Assembly: GCA_965112155.1 (NCBI GenBank) | Contig: OZ218102.1 | DNA length: 64,000 nucleotides | Reading direction: 5' to 3' (one strand) | Source of the DNA: Podarcis liolepis | Lineage: Eukaryota | Shown: positions 54,645-64,000 of the stretch, in pieces | How the letters are laid out: each line of letters starts with the position of its first letter | How positions within the stretch are numbered: the stretch's first letter is position 1 | The notes under the pieces: model-generated | Told to the model about the DNA's origin: nothing | Databases searched by the model: none | Seen by the model: only the letters and a program-made list of their open reading frames with translations | Program-made: the position numbers and the translations under genes

Positions 54645-55474
54645 CAGGGCTGGGCAATGTCACCTTTTCAACATCACAATATTGAAACGGAGGGAGAAAC
54701 AAGCTGCATTGGCCAGGAGCTGAGGCCAGTACAGCTTGCTCCAGGCACTGGGGATGGAGGGAATCAGCCAGGTGGCTGCAGCCAAGTGCACGCCTGTCAG
54801 GCTCTGTTTGCAAGGCTGCCTCCCTCCCAGCATCAGCACCGCTCCTCAAGGCACAGGGTGCAAGCCACTCTATCTGCGCCTTGTGGAGCAGGGCTAGCAA
54901 GTGATGGGCCCAGCAGCCTCTGCACCGCCTGGCTGCCTTCCCCTGGGAGGAAAGACCTAGCCCACCCTCAAGTGCAGACCTGCTGCCTTGGCACAGAAGT
55001 CTAAGGGAGCCCCCCCCCATCTCCAGCTTGCACAAGCTGGAGGCTCCGTTAGGCTGCTGGGGGACACGAAGCAACCCGTTACCCAGCTGAGGGAGCTCAT
55101 TTGTGAGCAGGAAAAGGACGGGGCTCCCTCAGTTGGCGAGCAGGAGCACTTTAATTGAGCCCCCACCCCCTGTGCAAGCCAGTGGTGGGTAAGGATCTCC
55201 GTAAAACTGCTTGGCTGAAGGAAGGGCAGTGACACACTCCTCAGCCAAGCTGTATCACGCCTCACCGATGCAGCTAGCTTCTCCCTCTGTGCTGGTATGA
55301 GGGCAGACTGTGATGGCAGCTTCACTCAGCGGTATATCTTTGGTGAAACCGCCACCGCTCCCGAGTCCCTCTGCTACCAACGCCAAGAGAGAGGGACTCA
55401 GGAGCGGTGGCAGTTTCAGCCACCATTGCGATCTGCCCTCATACCAGTCCTGGGCGATAGATCACCCAGGCCTA
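54645..55474 (-). mobile_element. Non-autonomous hAT element, copy B, inverted relative to A
   Basis: TIR cagggctgggcaat / atcacccaggccta; perfect TSD ATCTGCAC at 54637-54644 and 55475-55482; hairpin at 55293-55447. Confidence 0.9.
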
Positions 55475-55545
55475 ATCTGCACTAGATCAGCAAAAATGTC
55501 TCACTCCCAAACGTTCAACAAGAACAAGCCCATTTCTTCTACTTA

Positions 55546-56268
55546 CCGTATTTTTCGCACCATAGGACGCACCGGACAATAGGACACACCTTGTTTTAGA
55601 GGGGGGAGAACAAGGGAAAAAAATTCTTCCGCTCACTGCCCAGCGCCCCTTCAGCAAAGCGGCAGGAGGCGCTGCACAGAGAGTGGGAGAATTTTCCCCC
55701 TCTTGTTTTCCCGCTCTAAAACAAGGTGCCGTTTAAGGTGCGTTCAGGCGGCTACCTTGGAAGCCTGGAGAGCGAGAGGGGTCGGTGCGCACTGACCCCT
55801 CTCGCTCTCCAGGCTTCAGGTTCCTTTCGACCTGCTCTTTGGGGCTGGCGGGGGGAATCCCACCACCAGCCCCAAAGAGCAGGTCAGGGAGCAGCGGAAA
55901 GGCGCAGCAGAGAGGCTGCTGCCATAGTCACGCGTCACTTCTCCAGCTGGGAGAGGGTTGCGGGGCTATGGCTTCTTTAGCCCCGTGCACGCTCTCCCAG
56001 CTGGAGAGGTGACGCTCGGCTATGGAGGCTCCTGCCATAGGCGCGCGTCACCTGGGAGAGGGTCGCGGGGGGCTTCTTTCGCCCCGCGCGCGCTCTCCCG
56101 GCTGGAGAGGTGACGCGCGCCTATGGAGGCTCCTGCCATAGGCGCGCGTCACCTCTCCAGCCGGGAGAGGGTCGCAGGGCTATGGCGTCTTCGCTCCATA
56201 GGACGCACACACATTTCCCCTTCATTTTTGAAGGGGGAAAAGTGCGTCCTATAGAGCGAAAAATACGG
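55546..56268. mobile_element. Tc1/mariner MITE with GC-rich palindromic interior (same TIR family as 14101-14358)
   Basis: TIR ccgtatttttcgcaccataggacgcac / gtgcgtcctatagagcgaaaaatacgg, TA TSD. Confidence 0.93.
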
Positions 56269-58638
56269 TATATCAGGCTAATAAAATGAAGAAAGCCATC
56301 CTTTCTGTTAATTTCCTGAAAACAAAACCTTAGATTCAGAAAGAGCTCAGAGGCACCCTGTTTAATTCCAACTACGTCTTTTACACCTGGCTTTTATTGT
56401 TATATCTTGGGGGTCTAGTAGGAAAAAAAATATGAAGTGCTACTACTCTGCCCGTCCAAAAATGTTCTTTACCCAATGTTTTTTATATTTATTTATTTAT
56501 TTAAAAAACCTCCCAGCTTATCAGCATCTGTACTGGTGGATTAGTAAAGGAAATCTCTTATCTTCCTGCTTCTGCAAGGGCAGATACCCGATTCCTCAGT
56601 TTCCAGCCTTGACTGGGAAGGAAAGGATCTAAGTAGCAGGCCATTTTGGAGTGTACTGTAATATGGGGTATTGGCCCATGTGTGCCTTCTCAAATGATAG
56701 CATATACTTTTTGTATTCTTCCCTCTCTGTGTACTGATGTGAGGTCCCACTGCTATCACCCTTCCCTTTTGACTTCCTCAAGTGTGTGAGGCAGAGGGAG
56801 GCATGAAGGAAAAGCTATAGGTCTGTTGAACTCCCCCCCTCCAAGTATAGAGGGGAGGGCACAACCACATAAAGAAATCAAAAGGGAAGGTGATGGCAGA
56901 AGGGAGCATGGAAACTGTCTACCAGGGTATGAAATGATAAATCAGCCAGTAAGGTACTATATACCCCAAACGAAACTGGCAAATTAAATGTTGCTGTCTT
57001 AGAGATGTCTGCATGTGCAATGGGGCTATTTGCCTCTGTGCTCTTTTAAATCCCTTTGGAAAGTAGAGAGCAAAAAATTGGCTCACCAGGAGCTGGGTTC
57101 TTGGAATATGGAGAAGCATAAGCACGTGCTGCCTTCTCTCACACCTGAGAGCATGGAAGTCTTCACTTTTGCAGCATTCACCTGTAAGGAAGAAAAGAAC
57201 TGATGCTAAAGTGGCCAATGTATTTGTATGTATCTTCCCCCTGTATTTGTATGCAGCTAATATTCTCATATGATCATGTTTTTGTTAAAAATAAATAATT
57301 TGGTGAAGCACTGAGTTTCAGCATTATATAAACCTACTTCCACCCTGCTACTTGAGTTTGTTTCCTAGTATCACTTTTTCATCACCAAGCATGGTATATC
57401 AGAGCACATGGGTGCTGCTCTAAGGATGCAGATCTCAGTTTTAGCATCATACTCCCAACACTTTTCAATTTATTGATTTGTTGGAAGAAGCAAGTAGTCC
57501 ATGTTAGTGCCTAGTCTTTGAAAGTGGTTGGGTCCCTTAAATGAGTAAATGCCACCAGTGATATCTCTTTGATAGACAACTGAATAACTTCTTCCCAGAA
57601 GGAATTAGAAGTTTAACCTCTGCTGGCACATCCAAGATAACTCAAAATAGGTGCAGTATAGACTGCAGTGATCAGTTGCTTAAAATATAAGAATGCCTAC
57701 TTGAGTGTTCTGATAGTTTTAAAACAACTTTATTGTAACCAAATTTAACTAATTGCATACTATAGAAGTGTCTTTTATATTATTAATACGTCTGCTGTGT
57801 TCTAGAATTCTTGCACTTCCTGTTCATTTGCATTGTGTTTTTGTGCTCATGCTATCTTTTTGCATCTTTATGTCAGCTGAATGTAGGGACATCCTTTAAA
57901 ACTATTCATGCACTTATTTTTCTCCATGGTGCTAAAGTCAGTTTGCAAGGCATGCTCTGGCATTAAAAGGAGGCCTGGACAAAAGGAGGAAACAAACACA
58001 CATGTTTCACTAGATACAGACACGCATAATCATTAATCTCTGTGTGTGGCCCAGTAGCACTATCTGGAGGGTATTTTTATTTTTATGAGAACTACATGAA
58101 ATGCCATGTTTCAGTTTCAGTTTCAGTTGGCTTAAGGTGAATTTGCTGTGGAAACATCTGTCAAGAGCTGCTTCTTGATGGGGATGCCTTTTTGCCCAGA
58201 AGACGTGACTAAATGAAAACCACAGCAGAACTGATTGTTTGCCCACTCAAAAGAAATGTGCAGAAAGCCATTCTCCTCCCAGATGATTAAGATCTGTGTT
58301 ATGAAAGTTAATGTATACTTCCATCTTTTCCACCATCCTAACAATTTCAGGGCAGGATCTGGATAAAGAGAATTTTGGTCCCCTACCAAGCTACCTTTTA
58401 TCCCATGCATTTTTTTATTTTTACTGGCACCTCCTAAATTCTGAGGGCTCATGATCCTGCACATTATTTCCCCCCTGGCGGCAAACGCCTGTCCAAGCCT
58501 AGCATTTTGCAATATGAGTTTTGCATTAATGATAAAGTAATTTAGAGTGACAAAGATTTTATTTCCTCCCCCTGCCATTTCTGAGCCTTGTACCATGTAG
58601 CCTCACTTTTCCTTTCCTGCTTCTTTCCTCCTCCGCAG

Positions 58639-58887
58639 ATCCCTCACCCCGGCAGCACTGATCAGTCCCATAGTTCCATGCAGCAAGGTTTGCACGTACC
58701 TCATCCCAGCAGCCAGTCAGGGCAGCCATTACATCACAGCGGTCCTCCTACCCAGCCGTCCCGGCAGCCGCCCCAGGCCGCTCCTAGCAACCATCCACAC
58801 AATGACCTGGCCTTTAACCCCTCCTCAGCCTTAGAAGGTCAGGCTGGTGGGCAGGGGACATCTGACATGCCGGAGCCTTCGCTGGAT
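58639..58887 (+). CDS. ZMIZ1: ZMIZ1 coding exon (approx. exon 24)
   Basis: ccgcag|ATC...GAT|gtaagt; [26 protein letters not shown]...DMPEPSLD; 249 nt. Confidence 0.97.
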
Positions 58888-61117
58888 GTAAGTTTGTGTC
58901 ATTCTCTCATCTGCTTGCTTTAGAATGTGCCTTGAGTTTCTGCAGGAATAAAATAAAAAAATAAAATAAAAGAAGGGAACAGCTTTCATAGCACATGCCC
59001 TCATTTTATGCATTGTTTCTTGCATTTCTTCACTACAGCTGACAACTCAGACTCCATGTCACGCAAGTGGTGTCTTTCCCTTGACAAGGGTGGGTAGGCA
59101 GGGGCTGGGTTTGGGGGAAAAAAGCTTTCTCTGTGAGAAATAGGCCACAAAACATTTTAGTTATTATTGATGTTTATATAGCACTTATCTGACTAACATA
59201 CATTTTAAAAAGGGATGGGGTTTAGAAGTTGAATACCACCCCTGAGCAATCAGCTACTTACTTACTTTATTTATTTAAAACACTTTAATAAATAATTATT
59301 TATTTAGACTTAAATGTCATCAGGCTTGATTTTCAAAAAGAATGGAATAGTTCTATAATTTATTGGGCCAACCAGCTGTTAAAAAGCTGAAGGTCTGAGT
59401 GGTAGAGAGATTTTTCTTCTGACAGACATAGAACGTTGAAATCTGTGGCTGAGTCTGGGAGCAGACCTGTATAAGTTTCCATTTTTAAATGTGTTTTGTT
59501 TCTGAATGGGAACATCTGAATGATTCTCCCTTCTTGACTAGTGTTTTAAGATGGTAAGGCTTGTTACCAGGTTGTGCTGTAGTTTGGCACCTAGCGATAG
59601 AAACCATGCATTTCCCTCCTAGGAGGAGGAGATGCCATTTAGTCCACAAGAAAACCATACATTCTATTGCTATTTAGGACAAAATAAGCTATAGGCAACA
59701 AAGGAACAGGTTTTGCAAAAAGAAGGACATCTTAGAAAAGAGAAGAAAAGCAGCCATGTGTGCAAAAGACTTTGTAGGAAAGTGCTCCAGAATGGGGTGG
59801 GGAATTCTCATCCATACAAAGGTTTCATTACAGCCAAAAAACCCACAGAGTTTCATATCAACTTACGTTCTACTTGTCCAAGGATATTGGTCACTTGGGT
59901 GCCCTGAAAACAAATGAGATTGTTGGTGAAGGCTATGACAACTATACAGCTACAGTCTCTGTGGCCTTGGCCAAAGACAACACTATGAATTATAATTGCA
60001 AGCCTTTGAATCGCTGTCAAGCCAGAGTAGAAATATTTTCATTCAACAGGTATCTGACTTACATCTGTTCATGTATTTCAGGAATGCTGTAAGGTACAGT
60101 ACAGATGATTCAAAGGAAACAGATTATATTAGCTAAACTGGACATAGTCACACCAGGCAGCGTTGATTCACTTTTAACTATATTAACTAGTTGGCGAGTG
60201 ATTGTGGAATTTAACCTTTTCAGAAATAGAACCCAAAGGGTAAACAAACCATTTCTGAATTTCCAACAATAGGATTGTTTGTGAGAACATAGCATATTAA
60301 TCTGTACATGGTATTTACACTTTCTCCTAGGAAGTATCATAGCTGAAACTAAAATGCAGAATATTTGTGTGTGACTTTCAAAGAAACCCCTACAGACCAT
60401 CTTATATACATGCTAACCTTTTCAGGTAGTGATAGCTCATAGATGCCATTTACAGAATGTGCTGCATTATCTGTATGCCATATTTATTTATTTGCAGTAT
60501 TTTTAACCTGCTTTTCACCTGTAAAGGCTCTCAGAGTGGCTGACAAAGATACGTTGACCACAGTGGAAAACTGCCCATAATATTGTGAGGCTGCTGTACC
60601 ACCTCATCTCGGCTTGAGTACTACCTTGGCACAAAATAACTTACAAGGCATGTCAGTGTGTCCTAGAGCTAAAACAAATGGGCAGAAGCCCTGTGTATTA
60701 TTGAACTGCACCTTTTCAGGTGGGAGGGAATATTTGAATGCTCTGCCACATGAAAAGCTCCCCTGTGCATACAAAGCAACATGCTAGGGAGAGAGATTTG
60801 AGCTAGATTCCCCGCACCACGTGCAATTTTTTTGTAGGTGTAGAGAATTTTTTATATGGTAGGGAGGGGGCCACTCAGAAAAGTGTTTCTTGGCACAGGA
60901 GCCCATATAACGCTTCAGTTACATGGAGGATCGCAATGCCAACAGCCATGTAGCACTGGAGTGGAAATTCTTCCTGTAATTAGGCTGGCTATCATATATA
61001 AAGGACTCTTTTCTCTACCCATCAAGAAAATTTACAGACACATTTTGAGAGCTTTATCTGCCAGCAAATGTGGAGCGAAAAACATGCCATTTGCCAGCTA
61101 CTTCGCCCCTGTGATGA

Positions 61118-61261
<144 letters not shown>

Positions 61262-64000
61262 AGCCTTCTGTGTTTTGTCCCCCAACACCTCACACTTGTT
61301 TGACAAGTCTGTAGCTTCACGGTGAGGAATCCCTTTTTTCACAAGGACAAACTCACAACTTAAGCAAATGGTGCACACTCCCTACTTAACTTCATCTCAG
61401 AACTGCTTGAGTCAAGCTTCATCAACTGCGGTGGGGAAAAGCAAGAGGACAGTAAGGTGGTGACCTCACAGACTGCCACTCTACTTCACAGATCGATTGT
61501 GCAGCTGTGGAAACCTCACTTGTTAATTATGCAGAGAGATAAAAGAGTTTTGGGATATGCCTAGAGAGAAGCAGCCCAGTAGAAACCAGTCTCAGCAAGG
61601 GAAGAAAGGCAACAGAACTATGCTAAGCGACCAGTTTCAGAAAGTCCTTCCAACTTGTGTTCTTCCATTAAGTTCTCTCTCCCTCCTGCCCTAATGCTGT
61701 ATTGTCTGTTCCACTATGTTCCTTCCCTCCCTCTCCCAGTACACTTCTGTCGGACACAATAAGGACAAAACTTAGTTGGCAGCACATTTAGACTAGCCAA
61801 ACAAACTCAGAAACATAAAACAAATACCAAAAAGCACAAAAAACCAATAAAGATGTCACAAGTAGGATAAAAATACAAAATGCAGCCAAGGGAGGCATCT
61901 GTTTCTTAAGACAGTGGTTTCTCCATTGTGGAAGAGTCCAGTGAATCTCCAGGGTATGGCAAGCGTGCTTTTCTAAATCGTAGCAATCTTTTTTTTTCTT
62001 TTTTTTTTACTATTCTTAGAGGAAGGTTAGTTACCTTGCTCTGACACAGATACGTGGACACCTTGTTTTCTTCTGTCCTTCTCTTTCCCTTTCTTTTTTT
62101 CTTCTTCTTAAGGGATTTGGTTTCAGATTACTGCCTTTTGTGACAATAAAGCAGCCAGCTATTAAAAGGGGGCAGACCATATTCACATATGAAGTAGGAG
62201 AAGAGAAAAACTGTAAACCGTTGATCCATCACCAAGAGCTTTCGATTTTTGTAACCTGCGAAGTTAGATCACTGCTCAGTTCCTAACAGGAAAATGTAGC
62301 AAAAGTGTGGAGAAAAAGAGCTCTCACTTAAAGATATTTGGGGGCGGGGAGAGAGATAGAGGGGAAAACTGTTCACAATTGTTTGGAATTGAAGGAGACG
62401 TTTGCAATAAGAGTCTCCTTATTTCTCCCCCCCACCCTCCGATGGTTTGCTTTGCATTTTCCAAATTGTGTTATGTGGCTCTGCCTTTTTGTTTCTCTTT
62501 TTCAGTTTTAATGTATCATTTAGCTGCCAGGACCTTTTCCCTCTTCTTTTCAAAAAATATATTTCCAAGGATAATGGGCACGGGAACAGTAAGTTCCTTT
62601 GGTACCACCGTACAGCAGGCTCTCGTGCCACAATGCTTCCGTGGTATTTGTGCTTCTCATGTGGTTGCTTCCCTCCTGCATGAGCTTCCAGTCACTTCTG
62701 GGCCCATTTCTGCGTCCTCTCCGTCGTTCTCTCTTTATAAATTTTGTATAGTACCTGTGTGTTAAGACGTGCATGTGTGCCAACTTTGCCCTTGCGGGCC
62801 AACATTTCATCTTCTGCCTACTGTGTACAGAATATTGCTTTTTTGTGGATAATACACCTTGATTGCTTCGTCCCCTGTTCGGAATCCAATCCAATCGTCC
62901 CATCTTTGATTTCAGCAGTAGGCTTTCGATTTTGTGCCAGATGGAACTCTTGCGTGTTGGTTTCAGTGTGTAAACTCCACCCAACTTGCCCTCTGCGAAT
63001 GGCATGACCTGTGCATTCCATTCTGAATTTGCTCTCCTCACCAAAGTCATGCTTGTAAATTCTTTGAGCATTTGTTCTTAGCATCTACCACCACTGCTGT
63101 ATTTGCATCTTGTTATATATATATGCTAGTCGACAGCACCCTGCTGTAGATATTACAGGAAATGGCAGTTTTAGTTCTTATATTATTTTCCAGTTAGGAG
63201 TGTTGAATTTGTAAACATTTTATGTAGAGATGTTCCTACATTTACCTTTCCCCTCCCCACCCTTATTATTGAGGTTTTTATTTTGTTCCTTTTTTCAAGA
63301 GAAGCGCTGTTCATTATGCAAGATCAATTATTTTAAGAATTGCTGTTGTAAATACCTTTTGTGAATATTTTAGTATTGTCTTTGATTATTATATTCAACA
63401 TTTTCACGATCTGGATATACATGTCTTTTTAAAATACATAGTCAGGGGGAGCGGGTCTTTTTTCTTTTTTCTTTTTGTAAAGGGTTCTTGGACTAAGGGA
63501 GCATCGATTTTTCCTTCTGATAAATTAGCCCTATCAGTTTCTTCAACAAATATTCTACATCTGGCCAGTGTCCTCAGCAGCCCAGCAAAGAAATTGTTGC
63601 GTGACTGTCCTAACCTGTATCACCCTAGACTTCTGCTTTGTAGGCAAAGAAGCTATTTCTAAGGCTCTCACTTACATCCCTCTGAAAAGGTTGCTGGCCT
63701 GTGCGTAGAAGAGGGGAAAGCAGTACAGAATATAGTTTCTTATCCTGTATATACATAGCAAAGGATCTTTATTATTGGACACCTGGTGCCACAACTATTA
63801 TATGGTGGCACAACTGAGATGGGACACCACTGTGACACTGAAGTCTAGAGCTTCCTTCCATTTTCTTTTGTTTTCTTTTTAGTAGCTTTCCCCCTGCACC
63901 ATTTTGCTGCATCATTTACATAATCAATGAAATCATTTGTATGAGCAGCTAAGGCTAATAATTTGACGCATTATTCTTAATTTTTAAAAAAGCCTCTCAC
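61262..64000 (+). other. ZMIZ1: ZMIZ1 3'UTR, probably continuing past the window end
   Basis: Follows the stop codon; no recognisable TEs; U-rich blocks with PUM and miRNA-seed motifs; AATAAA at 61846 and 62145 are possible proximal poly(A) signals. Confidence 0.8.

Noticed and set aside
54130-56012. Cluster of 60-150 aa ORFs
   Set aside because: They lie in GC-rich non-autonomous transposons with few stop codons and show no transposase motifs.
62307-63084. ORFs of 152 aa (+) and 173 aa (-) in the 3'UTR
   Set aside because: Non-ATG starts, no recognisable domain, compositionally driven.

Overview
Vertebrate genomic DNA, most likely a lacertid lizard (it carries a Podarcis-type Sauria SINE and typical squamate hAT and Tc1/mariner MITEs). 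The window holds the 3' part of ZMIZ1 (Zimp10, SP-RING/MIZ zinc-finger coactivator) on the + strand. There are 17 GT-AG coding exons from 11815 to the TGA at 61259-61261 (2825 nt, frame intact), followed by 3'UTR; the N-terminal exons lie upstream of the window. The main anomaly is that the 78-nt exon known from human ZMIZ1 ([26 protein letters not shown]) is not found between 40058 and 43194. In that interval a hAT MITE stops abruptly at ~41834. It is followed by a ~1.07-kb unrecognised cassette (41835-42903) bracketed by 20-bp imperfect inverted repeats (CACAAT.C..AGCTGATGAG), with no clean TSD, a Kozak-led 46-codon ORF and a strand-skewed interior. Other points of interest are an inverted pair of hAT elements, a palindrome-filled mariner MITE, and a nested hAT carrying promoter motifs plus a consensus splice donor. 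Comparisons with human and mouse ZMIZ1 are from memory, not from a search.
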